64,000 nucleotides of DNA from Antedon mediterranea (Eukaryota; Animalia; Echinodermata), in NCBI RefSeq assembly GCF_964355755.1, contig NC_092676.1, positions 11,695,888 to 11,759,887 of the forward strand, written 5' to 3'. Within the stretch, counting starts at the first letter, position 1, and each line of letters starts with the position of its first letter. This document shows positions 39,642 to 53,759 of the stretch, one piece after another. Under the pieces are notes generated by a model. That model worked only from the letters and a program-made list of their open reading frames with translations, searched no databases and was not told the origin of the DNA. The translations under genes were made by a program, and so were the position numbers.

Positions 39642-39830
39642 ATGTAATACACTGTAATACACATTGTCAATAAAAGTGTATAAATAAGTAATTAGTAAAT
39701 TAATATGAAATATTAAAAAAAATGCAATAACAACTTTTAAAGTGAACAATATTATACTGTATACAAAACTTACTGAGTAATCTGAATGGATTACTGTATT
39801 AAAATTTAAAACTTATATTGCTTGTGTAAC

Positions 39831-40746
39831 TTATCGGAAATATTCCTCAAGGGCAGGCGGATCGAGTTGAAAGGTTCTTGACGTAATATTGCCATAAAGA
39901 CAAGTGTGGGCATTTGACAACAGACAACAAACTACACAAATTTTCCCAATTGCACTCAGGCCTATTTCCAGTTTTCTACAATGCCATTCAACAGATACTT
40001 TAACCTGGCTCATAGATCTGTTGTAGTCAACTTGACTTGTGTTAAATTTCCTTTAAAAGGAGCCTGTAAATGAACACGAAGGGGTATGCATAGATACAAA
40101 GTGGATCTCCATTTCGACGTACGGCATTGCGTTCTAACTTGTGTAGTAGGTATGATTCCCTCAACATGAAGGCATCATGACGGGACATCCTTCGATGGGT
40201 CCAAACAGATTTTCTATAAGTCCATTGGTGTGACGACTGATTGAAATTTTAATGAGTGAACACGCTTATGACCATTATAAACTATTCTTTGATTTTCTCC
40301 ATTTATCTCTAGACAAGGTAAGTCTAGTTCGCTAGTATAAATGCCTACTTTCTAGCCTAGGCCCTAGGCTTAGGTAGGCCTACAAATAAATAATTAATTT
40401 AATTTTTGTTTTTAATTATCAAATTACACTACTTTTATTAGTAATGAACTTATTGACGTACATTCAATTGAATTTAGACCTACTATCAGCTATTTGCTTT
40501 CATACAATATAGGCTTTACTAGATTAGGCTTTACTTAGGCCCTACTAATGATTGGTTGGTGGTGACTTACCTGAAAAACACGTTGCATTCGTCGTTATTG
40601 TACGATGCAAGATTAAAATTATTGTAATCTTTGTACTGTACACTTATATTATTGCATTTATTAAAATCATACAAAAGTAAATACTCCTCAGGGTCAATTA
40701 TATCATCGTAAAGTGCGATATTTAATGCATCTTGTACGAACGCCAT
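39831..40746 (-). pseudogene. Harbinger/HARBI1-like DDE transposase, internally deleted and frameshifted
   Basis: YNGHKRVHSLKFQSVVTPNGLI, RHDAFML, AYPL, MSQVKVSVEW, LLSNAHTCLYGN. Confidence 0.8.
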
Positions 40747-41329
40747 GATGATTGTTTACAAACATATCAAGCCGAGCGTGACGCGACGACGTCGTCCCAT
40801 CGCGTATCGTAAACGAACTTTTTAAAGTGGACGACAACCAGCTTTTCACGCATCAGCGCGCACTGGTAATCCGTCGTCGTCCCTCTTCGTCGTGTTTCGT
40901 AAACTCTCTAATGAAAACAGACGACGGTAATTTTAAGCGAGTTTCAGCTGATTCGAATAAATTAAATGGTATTGCAAGGCGGTTGAGAAGTTCAGACTTT
41001 CGCGGAAGTTTGTGTAGTTTTTTAATTCTGTGGTATTTGGTGAAGTTACCCTTTGTTATGTTATTTTTTTTTTAAATTATTTTTGTCACAAACTATTTAT
41101 TATGGTATATGATGTAACAGTTTGGTATATGGTCTGTTCTCAGATTCCTTAGGATTTGTCAGGAGTGGTTGATAAAATCTAATGGATGATAACTAAGATT
41201 AGTTTTTCTTTAAATGAACGAGACAGTTGATAGTGTTCTTAACTCTATAATATTTTTAATCAAACGTTATAATTTCTTGCACCAACAATTGACTTGTTTA
41301 GTTGTAAATATATAAGTAATATATAATCA

Positions 41330-44300
41330 AACAAGCAATCGGTATTTGGAAATCTGAAGAAGTACGATTGATTCGTTGCAAAACCAGGCCAAAGGAATAC
41401 GCAAGTACGAGATCAGCATATAGTCAGAAGGGGATCTAATTCAAAACGAGTAAGTGCTTTTGTTTATCTTAACAACAGCCTAAATCACCGTCACATTGTT
41501 TACGCTTCAATTAACATTGGCTCAACTTACCATTGTTCTCAAAACCGCTTGTTGCCATGGTTAAAAACGAAGCCAATAAAAACGTCAAACCCGTGTTCGT
41601 GAAGGATGACGTTATTAGAAAAAAAGGGTGAGGAATATTTAAAAGAAGAGAAAGAAAGATGTAATTAACTGTGATCATTTATCGGAGCTCAAAAAGCTAA
41701 ACATTTATTTTAATGATCGTACTGAACGTGTTAAAGCAATAATTACAAGATTTAGCATCAACGGCAAACACATTAACGTACAAGATATAAATCCATATCT
41801 CAATGAGGAAAACGGTGCTAGAATTCTAGTGAAAGAAAGCACTTTTTCTATTCAAAATTGGGATGTAAGATACTAAGCGACATCTAATTTATACAATTCA
41901 GGATAAAAGGAAAACTTTCCTGTTTTCTTAATGGACCCCGCGTGGTTTTTGTTGAATCTTTTAAAGGAAGCCTTCCACGATTTTCAAAAGTTAACAATTT
42001 TAATGCAAGATCCTTCCACAAATATCAACAGTTTGAACTTAAATGCTTTGAATATGGCCGCCATGATATAATTCACAATATGTCACAAATGCAACAAACT
42101 AGGTCATATTGCTACCAGTCCCAGTCATGCTATTACCGATGAACAAAGTGAAATTGGGATTGAAGATGATGTAGAAAATGTGGTGATTGTAACCAATGAC
42201 CAACCGTCTAAAAAAAAGAAAGCATCCCTGAATCTATTGAATTAGACGAAAGCGTTGCAAAAAAAAATACAGGACGCAATAGAAAGAGTTAAAACCATCC
42301 ATCAACTTGATAATACAATCCCAGGAAAAACAATGGCATACGACCTATAACATACTTCACTGTCACGGTGAATCCTGAAACAATTGTCGACGTAGCTGCC
42401 ACAGCCAAGCTCAATTTCGCTGCCTGGAAGAGAAAGAAGCAAACAGGGACCGGAGAAAAGAGTGTACAGAATTAAGAAAGAAAGGAAATCAGAGTTTGTA
42501 AGGTAAACTTGCTTCACTATTAAGTACAATCAAGTACAATAATCAACAAATGTTAACCTCAACTATTGTTTAATATCAGTTTTAAAAAAATGAATAGAAA
42601 ATCAAAAAATAATTCTCTACATTTACTTTCACTAAATGTTAGAGGTTTAAGAGAAATGTATAAGAAAAGAAAAGTGTTTAGGTGGTTAGAGGAACAAAAG
42701 ACTGATATTGCTTTTGTACAAGAAACATACTTTGTTTACTGTAGGCTAGGCCATAATGACATGCTCTGGAAAGATTGTATGTATCATAGTTTCTGTACCA
42801 CAAGAAGTAGAGGCGTTTCAATACTACTAAGGCCAGGTTTTGCTGCAAAAGATATAAAATGTAAATACATAGACGATGATGGTAGAACACCAATACTTAC
42901 CTTAAAAGTTATTGATAAAATGTTTAACCTAATTAATATTTATGCTTCAAATAACTGTAAAGAAAGAGCATTATTCTTCAAAAAACTTGATAATAAAATT
43001 GATAAAATATGTAACAAAAGAATAAAATATATCTTTATTGGATGTGACATGAACTGCGTGTTAGAAAGAAAATTAGATCCAAGAAACAGTGTCCATCAAT
43101 ATAATAATTCTACAATTACGTTAACAAAATGTATGAATAAACAAAAGCTAATAGATATATAGTATAGAGGCAAGTTAATAACACTAAAACTCAGTTTATG
43201 GAAATCTTTTAAACAAGGAATTCTATTCAGAATGGAATGTGATATAGTGTATAAAAGAGAGGAAAGCATGAAAAAATGGGAAAAAGTAAAAAATAATATT
43301 TTAGCAATGTCAAAATGTATAATTGTTAAACAATAACAGGCTAAAAACACGAGAAAATATTATTATGACACAATACTTAGTATTCTAGTATAGTTTCTAC
43401 CTTACTAGTTTTATTTACTGGTGCTATATGAGTTACAGTATATTTTATTTTGTGATGTTGTAATGGCAATTGTGAAAATATATTATGTGATGTATACTTT
43501 TATATAACTTGTGTCTATTTTTTTAAATGCTTTAACTTTATATATATGTAAAATACTAAAAATAAGAAAAACAAAAAAAACTTTAAGCTGCAGAGATAGT
43601 TTTCTACTGAAACAAAATTGATATAGATTATTGTAACAATTGTAAAGAATGAAATAAAAGTGAGTGAATCTCACAAAAGACAAAAAAAAAACTCAGTTTA
43701 CGTGGATACGTAAAAACACATACAGAAGACTAGACATTTGGGGTGTATCAAAAGCCCTTCATAGAAATGGAGAGGTACTGTCTACCGATATAAGACCTTC
43801 AATTTTCTCTGACCATCAAGCAATCTCTCTTAAATTATTAGATAATCAACCAAAGAGAGGGACAGGTATGTGGAAAATAAACAATAGTGTTCTCGACGAT
43901 AAAGTTTACGCTTTAAACATAAACATAACATAGAAAATACAAAATAAAATGATTAAAATCTTAGCCCAGACTTGTTGGGGTAGTATCTTAAAGTGAAAAT
44001 AAAGGAATAAGAAAAACATGTCAACAAAAGAATTCAATGACCTCACTAACTGTTTAGACATGCAAAGTAGACAAACAATTAAAACAAAAATAAACGACCT
44101 AGATAACATTATGTGCAATAAAAGTGGGCTGCCCCGACAAAAACATCTAAGACTGACATAATTCTACTCCCATAGTTCAAGAATTTGAAAACACATAGTA
44201 ACAGTAATAGCAGAGGGTGGTTTGCAGTCATTTTTTTTTAAAACAGTAACATTGATATTAAGGATGTCGTGTCCTAATCATTAACACTATTAGAAATGAA

Positions 44301-45100
44301 TTAAAAATATATATATTGGTCAAATATTGAGCAATGGACAAATATTTTTGTTAAATTGCGACTACAAAATTGCCTCTAAAGTGTTAGCCTCCAGAGATAG
44401 TAATTATATACCAAGTCTGGTCTAATAGTGACCAAAGTGGTTTTGTGAAGGGAAGAGTTATTGGAAAATCGGTTCGTGCCATATCAGATATAATGGACTA
44501 TACACAAATATTTTTAGACTTTGAAAAAGCCTTCGATTCGTTAGAATGGGAATTTTTCAGAACATTCTGAACATGAATTTTGGTTATATGTTTATTAATT
44601 ATGTCAAGGCTCTATACACAAACATTAGTAGTCAATTACTAACTAATTATTAATGATGGCATAACTTAAAATAATTTTAAAGTCAGCATAGGTGTGAGGC
44701 AAGGGGACTTCTTAAGCCCATATTGATTTATTTTGGAATGCTGGCATGTAAAAGTAGGAGTGATGGAAATATCAAAGGTATATCGGTGAAAGATAAGGAA
44801 GTTAAAATTATCCAATATGCTGATGATACATCATGTATTTTGGAAAAAAAATGGTCCGTGCACAATTTATTTAAACTAATTAATTTTGGTAATGCATCAG
44901 GGCTAGAAATGAATGCAAGTAAATCACAAGCAATGTGGATGGGATCATATAGATTTAGGAAAATAATTTTATTTAGAATGGCCACTTTCAATCAACCAAT
45001 AGCTTTAGGGGTGTTTTCTCATACAATAATTTTGCAGCTGAAAAAAGCAATTTTGAAGCTAAAATTAATCAGTTGAATTCTTAACATTCCAATTTAAAAT
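41330..45100 (+). mobile_element. Degenerate Tx1/L1-clade LINE (ORF1 knuckle, APE, RT)
   Basis: CHKCNKLGH; LNVRGLR..VQETY; SDHQAI; DFEKAFDS; GVRQGD; QYADDT. Confidence 0.8.
43170..43691 (+). mobile_element. 5'-truncated Tx1-like 3' end inserted in the endonuclease region of the larger LINE
   Basis: Ends AATAAAA-GTGAGTGAATCTCAC-A-rich tail; the host EN reading (FTW..RLD) resumes after 43691. Confidence 0.55.
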
Positions 45101-45990
45101 GGAATTAATATGAGTACATTGTCAAAATTCTAAAATGTATATTAATAAAATTATTATTACTAGAGGGTGAGCTCGCTTCGCTCGCTCCCCCTCTAGGAAG
45201 TGTAGACGATGGCTCTCGGAATGATAATGTTCTCCTTGTACGTTTTCTGTCGGTTACCATTATTGAAAATGCTTGGCATTCGTAAAACTAAACTACTTTG
45301 TTTCACAATGTTTTAGATGATTAATAACATTTTAAAGTATAGTTTTTATTATTTGGTAGGGCCCTTTGGGGAGGCGGAGTTCATTTGAGGGAGGTGCTTA
45401 TTCGAGGGATATATGTTAAATGTTTTAGTTTTAATAATATGGTAACATGGTAAAAAAGAATAACAAATGCTTGGTAAATTGTAGATAAAAGTGCGATGAA
45501 TTCTACTACAAATAGTATAATTGTGTTATTATAAATGTGGATGGACGTTTATTAGATAGTTGGGTTGAGTGGGGGGTGGGTGATTATTATTCAATGTTTT
45601 ATTGGAGAGGCGTTTATTCAAATAAATACCATCCTAATAATTATTAATGCATTATTTAATTTAAACATCTTTTGAAACTAACTGCCGTGACAGAGTGGGC
45701 CCAAGAAAGAAGACATTATGGCTTGCAACATGGGCAGACATCTCGGTCCTAATGGGACACAGGAAGATAGCCTACAGTTATTCCTGCCAGCTTACTTAAT
45801 AAAACTCAGCTATCGGGATTTCACTCGATTTTAAACAAAATGTCTTATCATCAAATCTCCCTATGTAATTTTATAATACTATTCCCCACAATATATTCCG
45901 ATTCTTTATGGCGTATATTTAATTTGATCTTTATTAATTTGCAGTATAATTTCTATTTTTTAACTACTGTACCTTCACACACGTGCGGTA

Positions 45991-48048
45991 TCTATATATA
46001 AATTTACGTAAGGGCAAAATTCGATAAATCGCGCGTTATTTCTAGAATGTTTACTCGATGGTATATAAAGTTGGTTCGTACTTTCGGTACTGATTTTAAC
46101 CATCTGATGTAACCCTGTTTACTAATTAAATTGAGTTCGATAATTAGTTATTGACAATTAAAACGAATTTAGGTTCAACGATTTGCCCCAAATAGGGGTG
46201 TATTTCGATCGTGGTATACACTGTCTAATGGATATCCATCTTGAAAAATACCCACAGACAATAATACGAGGATGCTTCGCATTTTCCTATCTCCTCCTAC
46301 GATAATTGTTTTTAATGGCTGAAAACCGGTTGAACAGCTCGAGTACAGCATCATAATGTTGAAGACAGGCCGATTTTCTTAAAAAAATACTATTTTGATA
46401 GATTGAATATACGTTTATACAAATGTATTGATTTCCGATGAATGGAACATTCCAATCTTTGTTTCACAAGTGTCTATTCCATCAGGCGTTGTATAAAGGC
46501 AAGTACTGTATACTCAAAACAGAAATTCGATCCATTTTTTTTTTCAATCTGTGCTGCAGAGGTTGGATATAGATTTTTTTTAAACGGATAATGAGCTAGC
46601 GTTTTCAGTCGCCGCATATTTATGTACAAATCTTTATTATTGCAGTTAAACCACCCACATCATCACCATTCCCTCACTGGCATGAGTAGCGTTGTAAAGC
46701 CAGTAGAGGATAGGCCTTCAGTGCATCACGTGCCCTAACACAGAAAAACTTTGGTGGGTAGGGTAGGAACCAACTTAAGTATGAATTGGGTCTAAGAAAC
46801 AATTGAAAACCATTAGGCCTACTAATTAAGTTGAGTTAGATAATTTAATATTTATTGACGATTAAATCGAATTTATGATTTGCCCCGAATAGAGGTGGTT
46901 TTCACAAATTGTTTTACATTATATAAACATATACACGTCGTAGTGATGTATCGTTACAAGTACTGTACTTTCAATCGACTAGGACGGTGATAGTTTCAAC
47001 AAGTATTACATCGCAATGTTTTACTGTGTTTAGTGGTATATTATTTGTAAAACATGAAAACAATTAATATTTCGTTACTAAATGGATAAAGAATATATTT
47101 AAAAATTGTTCCTCTTTGCACCCATCCTCTTCCCCACCCCTCAACCCTAATGTTACATATGTGGCACATGCAAGCGAAATCGGACATAAGTCGAATTTGT
47201 AGATTTGTAGAAACAGCCAAAAACATTAAAAGGCTGAAAAATTACATTTTTTTATTTTTACAGAAAATGATAGCTGAAACAATATTTATTTACATTACCT
47301 TGGTGTTTTTCTATTTTGAGACAAATAAATAGATACATTTTAACATTTTGTGTAGTATGTTTGTTAAAAAGATGGTGTAAAATGTATGACTTTCATAAAC
47401 CTATCATGTTTTATGCTTAAAATGAAAGTGTTCCATTGAGTTGATTTTAATGAAATTTTGCATAATAAATAGAACAATAGTCAATTAAGGAAGGTGCGAA
47501 GTTTCATTGAAATAAAACAATTAGAATACCCTTTTGCTAAGGCGTAAACTTAGACGCCCTGTTTATTTTGTTGTTGTTGTAATTTCCTGTTACTTAACTT
47601 TAAAAGCATTTTTCTTAAAACACTGATTGTAACAACCAAAACTTTAGACTGAGATATCTCTGGAAGTAGACATGGTATCAAGATACTTTTTTTTAGCATT
47701 TTAAATCTTGGATTATGTAGTTTCAGTATTTGTGGAAATCTCAATTTTGAAAATTCCGACTTATGTCTGGTTTCCCTTGCATATAAAACACAAATTAAGT
47801 TTGTTTAAATTTGACTTAAACAATTGGTCTCATTTTGTGACAAGTTTCTCTTTCGGAAGTAATTCCCAGGGTGCTAATTTTAGTATTGTACATAAATCTC
47901 AGTGTCTATTTATTCGTTCCTGTAAGCAACATGTATTATTGTCCTGCGGTACGTACATTTGAAACCGCCAGTTTTTTAACGCTGAAATTATTATGTATTC
48001 GAGAACCATCTGTGGGCACGACGCGAGCGAAGCGAGCGTACCATCTAC
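45991..48048 (+). mobile_element. Non-autonomous Helitron, family B, copy 1
   Basis: A|TCTATATATAAATTTACGTAAGGGC ... GCGAGCGAAGCGAGCG..CTAC|T; empty site ggta|tgtttt matches copy A1. Confidence 0.85.
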
Positions 48049-48515
48049 TGTTTTAAAATAAACAAAAAACTGAAATGGCTATGACTAATGGCCAACTTAA
48101 GCTCCAGTCCTACTATCTGATTTTTTTTTCGTCTTCCAAAGGGACACTGTATTGATTGATTGAAAGTGCCTGTTTCCAGTCACCTTTAGGGTCAAATCTA
48201 TTATTTTAACTGCTCCCTTGTGTATTAAAGAGAGAAAATAGATGAAACCAGGTTGTTGCAAGATGGACTTTTCGTAAACCCGGAAATTACTTTGACCGCG
48301 AAGAATTGAAATTGAGTTGAAAATCTACTGTTGAAATCATAAATGTTGTTAAAAAACTCTGTATAATATCTTCCTAAGATAGAAATATGGAACAATAGCG
48401 TCGAACACTAATGTTATCAAATCTACGTTTCGCGGTACATCTGAGATAGATAAGGTAGGTATCCAAGGCGGAGATTTGTACCGAAGTTTTTGCATTGTGC
48501 TCGCCTATGTCAGAA

Positions 48516-50105
48516 TCTATATATAAATTTACGTAAGGGCAAAATTCGGTAAATCGCGCCTTACTTCTAGAATTTTTACTCGATGGTATGTAAAGTTGGT
48601 TCGTACTTTCGGTACTGATTTTAACCACCTGATGTAACCCTGTTTACTAATTAAATTAAGTTAGATAATTAGTTATTGACGATTAAAACGAATTTAGGTT
48701 CAACGATTTGCCCCAAATAGGGGTGTTTTCCGATCGTGGTATACACTGTCTAATGGATGTCCATCTTGAAAAATACCCGCCACAAAAATGCGAGGAGGCT
48801 TCGCATTTTCCTATCTCCTCCTACGATAATTGTTTTTAATAGCTGAAAACCGGTTGAACAGTTCGAGTACAGCATCATAATGTTGAAGACAGGCCGATTT
48901 TCTTTAAAAAATACTATTTTGATACATTTAATATACGTTTTTACAAATGTATTGATTTGTGATGAATGGAACATTCCAAATTATTTGGTTTAACCATACA
49001 GGTATAGATTTAGATTTATGGGCCCCCTTGGAGAATAAACATAAATAGTATTGCAATGCTGTACCAGGGAGTTCCCTGGCTGTACAATACTGTTAAGGTA
49101 TTTTAATGGTTAAAACCACTTTTGATCGCAATTTGAATCGCAAATTTCTTACTGTGAGTGTTGGTACTGTTAGATGTAATATAAAAATATATACAAATAA
49201 ACTTTATTACTGTGAGTGTGGGTAGGCCCTACTGTTAGATTATAAACATATAATATACAAATAAACATTCCAAATTATTTGGTTTAACCATAAAGGTATA
49301 GATTTAGATTTATGGGCCCCCTTGGAGAATAAACATAAATAGTATTGCAATGCTGTACAATACTGTTAAGGTATTAACCACTTTTGATCGCAATTTGAAT
49401 CGCAAATTTCTTACTGTGAGTGTTGGTACTGTTAGATGTAATATAAAAATATATACAAATAAACTTTATTACTGTGAGTGTGGGTAGGCCCTACTGTTAG
49501 ATTATAAACATATAATATACAAATAAATAAACGTTATTACTGACAGTTGCTTCTCAACGTTTGTATTAATTAATAATTTAAAAATATATAAACGTCGTAG
49601 TGGTGTATCGTTACATGTACTTTACTATTTCAATCGACTATGACAGTGAGAGTTTTAACAAAGTACCGTATTAAATCGTAAATGTTTTACTGTATTTAGT
49701 GGTATATTATTTATAGGCCTATAAAACATTAAAAACAATATTTCGTTACTGAGTGGATAAGAATATATTTTAAAATGTTTCCTCTTTGTACCTATCTTCT
49801 TCCCCCATCCCTCAACCCTTAATGTTACATACAAAACACAAATTGGGTTTGTTTAAATGAGTCCAAATAAAAAAATTTGACTCATTTTGTTTCTCTCTCG
49901 GAAGTAATTCCCAGGGTGCTAATTTTGGTTGACTACATAAATCATTGTGTATATTTATTCGTTTCTGTAAACGACAATGTATTATAGTCCTGCGGTACGT
50001 ACATTTGAAATCTCCATTTTTTTCTCGCTGGAAATACTGTGTATTCGAGAACCATCTGTGGGCACGACCTAGATGGTACGCGAGCGAAGCGAGCGTGCCA
50101 TCTAG
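48516..50105 (+). mobile_element. Non-autonomous Helitron, family B, copy 2, with an internal ~290-bp tandem duplication
   Basis: A|TC ... hairpin ... CTAG|T; empty site cagaa|ttaacc. Confidence 0.88.
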
Positions 50106-50131
50106 TTAACCATAATTTATATATAGATTAT

Positions 50132-50975
50132 ACAGATATTGCCTGCTTAGAGGTTAAATATAAGATTTGATTCCCTCGAATAAAATAGGGAATGTCAAAT
50201 CTTATATTTTACCGATATAAAAGGCGATATCTGTTATATTATATAGCCAACAACAAGTCGGGTTGGGTGTAGCTCTCCTTTATGTAATAATAATCATCCT
50301 GCCTAGGCCTAGTTAGGCGTTGCATTCACCTTACCTTGCGAAGAATAAAATATAGATAATTACCAATTAATGATTCCATGGCAATAAAATATTCACTTGT
50401 ACCTAGCTCGTTTAAATTAACAGAAGAATTTCCATCAATAAGCCTACATTAATAATAATAATATTATTATTATCAGGTAGGCCGAAAAAATAATAATTCA
50501 TCTTCTTCGAGCCGATTCACCGGATGTTCAGGTTACTACCGTGAGTATTGACCAATCACAAACATTCTTTCATCACATCTATAGAGGACGAATAACGAAT
50601 GAGGGCGCTATGTATGCATAGTAGAAATAGTTTAGTTGATTAATTTATTCAAGCAAGTTGCGTGGCGCAGCAGGTAAAACGTTGTATCGTGAGGATGTGG
50701 ACTAATCTTCGCGAGTTCAGTCTCAGTAGATGACTTTTGTTTATTTATCGCCAAACGCGAGTGTTGTCACACGAAAATTGCACAGTCAATATCATCGTAC
50801 TCGAGAATATACTGGATTTTATATGTTTATTGACAGGGACACGATAATCACGCGAAAATTACGTAGTCAATATCCTCGTACTTAAGGAAACACGATTTAC
50901 GATCATCGCAGCAGTAGTCATGTGATGCAGTTTCAACCAATCACGTTCACGTATTTACATAGGCTATGTAATATA
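50132..50975. mobile_element. Unclassified hairpin-bearing MITE-like element
   Basis: ~100-bp hairpin at 50132-50234; inverted TATATTATATAGCC / GGCTATGTAATATA at 50235 and 50975. Confidence 0.4.
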
Positions 50976-51029
50976 TAAAAATATTTAAGCATACTTAAAG
51001 AGATGTATTATTATTATTATTATATTATA

Positions 51030-53155
51030 ATATCCCTGTATAAACTATTTAAGAGACTATCAAACCTTGAAACAATACCTGATGAATGGAACATTGGGAA
51101 AATCATACCAATATATAAAAAAGGTGACTGTAGAGAGTTAAGCAACTACAGAGGTATAACTTTAAACTCCACTGTATCAAAGGTTTACAATAGGCTTATC
51201 TCTCAAACGGTGTCGAACTTCCTTGAAGAAAATAATTTATTAGGTAGGCTTCCGTAAAGACAGAAGATGTGAAGATCACATTTTTATACTGAAGAGTATT
51301 ATTGCTTGTCGGCAAGCTGAAGGCAAGAAAACTTACCTCGACTTCATGGATTTCAGTAAGGCATTCGACACCGTTTGGAGAGAAGGTTTATTTTACGCAG
51401 TTGCAAATATAGGTATCAAAGGTCAAGTATTAAATATTATAAAGAACTTGTAAAAAGATGTAAAAGGTAAAGTTTCATTTGGAGATTTAGAAACTGATGT
51501 TTTTAGTATTGATGAAGGTTGCCCACTATCTCCAATTCTATTCACTATTTATATAAATGAACTTAATAAGATAATTAAAGAGAGATAATTAGGAATTAAT
51601 ATTTTTGACATAAATATTGGCAGTCTATTCTGGGCTGATGATATAATTCTGATTGGAGACAGTGAGCAAGATTTAGAATTACTTGCATGCAGCAAATGAC
51701 TTTGCAGAAAAATGGAGAATGGTGTTTAATTTTAATAAATATAATGTTACTGTAGCTGGGCAACGCCTTAATGAATATAGAAAATGGCTAATTGGTAATA
51801 ATTTTATTAATGAAACTAATAATTATAAATATTTGGGGATGTTCGTATCGAGGAAAATAAAAGATACCTACCATATTGATGAAGTAGTTAAAAAGGGGAA
51901 TAGAGTAATATCATATATAAAATCTATAATAAATGGGCAGGAAGACTTCAATAGAATATTCTATAGTGATATTCTTTGGAAATCAATTGGTATACCAACC
52001 ATAAATTATGCAAGCAGTATATGGTTATGTGATAATAAGAACTCTATAGACAAAATTGAAAATATACAATACCAAATGGCCAGATATCTATTAAAGGCAC
52101 CCAGAAATGTCGCAAAGGAAGCTCTATATGGTGAACTTGGCTGGCAATCAGTTGAATCAATACAGTTAGATAGATTCTTAACATACTTTTATAGGCTAAA
52201 AAATATGGAAGAACACCGCTGGCCAAGATTACTATTTAGAGCTCTCTTTGTACTTAAAGATACACTTAGTTGGAAATGGCTCCAAAAGATTGAATCCATT
52301 TTAAACAAATTTTAATTTGCAAATGTTTTTCAATATTGATTATTGTAGTAAATGGTATAATGGTTTCAAAGAGAAAAATATTATAGAAGATAACATAACA
52401 TGGTTTAACAAGGCTCAAACAAAATCATCCTTAACAAATTACTTAAGATATAAGATAAATAAAAACATAATAAAAATGAACCTAAAATGGAAAAATACTT
52501 ATTGGAAAAACGTAGCTACCATGCAACAAGTCTAAAATTCAAAGCTCGTTCTAACTCATTACCACTCAAAGGAAAAAAGGAAGCTTGGTCACCACAACAT
52601 TTAGGATCATGTTTGTTATGTAATTGTGGTGAAAAAGAAACAATTTATCATTTTGTATTCAATTGTACTGATTAATTAATATTAGACACTCAATATTTAA
52701 ACAACTTAAAGAAGATCTATATCACAATGATTTGCATAAAATATGGGACTTATTCATGTCAAGCTCACCTGAACTTAAATATCACCTTTTTTTTGATTAC
52801 CTAGAAATTCATGAAGAATATCAAATCCAATTTATAACCAATATCAACTATGTAATAGCAAGTAACATCTTTGACAAATATTGTAAATTATTTTTAACAA
52901 CTGCATGGAAAGAACGCAACGAAATTTATAATATCCTTCCATAACACAATCTTTTACTTTTCTCTCAAATGTATTGAATGTATTTTTATAATCTAATGTT
53001 TATATACTTTTTAATGTAATAATATTTTACAAATGTTTGTATTTGATTGTGTCTTAAGATAAGGCCTTTTTTATGTTATTTTGTTGCACATCTCTTGAGA
53101 TTTGTGCCTCTGATATAAAAGAGAAACAATAAAGTTATTATTATTATTATTATTA
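51030..53155 (+). mobile_element. 5'-truncated LINE (RTEX-like) with RT, C-terminal CCHC and (TTA)n tail
   Basis: NYRGITL, DFSKAFDTV, GCPLSP, WADDI, GELG, CLLCNC..ETIYHFVFNC; (TTA)n at both ends. Confidence 0.8.
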
Positions 53156-53759
53156 CAATCAATATTTAAAAACAGACATGAAGACATGAATACCACAGGG
53201 AAACAATATTTTAAAAGCAACATGTAAGAACATCAAACAAACTATAAACATTACTTATGGAGAACTAGACAGTTGAGCGTCTCGGGTAAAATTCTTCTGT
53301 TATTTATAACCCCATCAGAATAATTAATCAGATTGAGAGAATGTTGGTGGTATGCTTTTTTATGGAATGGTGGTAAGGTTTTGTTAAAAGAAAGGTGATT
53401 ATTGGGAGTATTGAAAATTGGGGTTTGAAAATGATGAAATTAAATCTATTTTTAAAGCACTTAAAATTAGATGGACTCAACGATATAAAAACGATAATGT
53501 TTGTAATATCAGAACAGAAAAATTGCAAGCATGGACAAATTGGCATCATAGTTTGAACGTATTAGAACAAATGAAGTGGATGTCAACACTTGGAATAATT
53601 AGAATATTGGAGTGAATGGTAAACCCTGTCTTTGCATTCCTCTTCTTTAGGTGGGATTGGAATTGGTTAGTAACTTTTACAGTGAGGATGAAGAAATATT
53701 GTCTTTTAATACTAATTTCATACTAATTAAGGTTCATAGAATCCCCTACATCTCAATTT

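Larger units (their letters stand above)
36217..40909. mobile_element. PHIS/Harbinger-superfamily DNA transposon (Pangu-like, AAT TSD)
   Basis: 22-bp perfect TIR AGAGAGTTTACGAAACACGACG, AAT on both sides; convergent Myb/SANT-like gene and DDE transposase. Confidence 0.85.
45160..50127 (-). mobile_element. Non-autonomous Helitron, family A, copy 2, split by two family-B Helitrons
   Basis: Segments 50127-50106, 48515-48049 and 45990-45160 rejoin to match copy 1. Confidence 0.85.

Noticed and set aside
50655-50740. tRNA-like sequence (TGGCGCAGCAGG ... GAGTTC)
   Set aside because: No cloverleaf; at most a decayed SINE head.
53418-53615. ORF MGFENDEIKSIFKALKIRW...
   Set aside because: Short, probably LINE debris; cannot be assigned.
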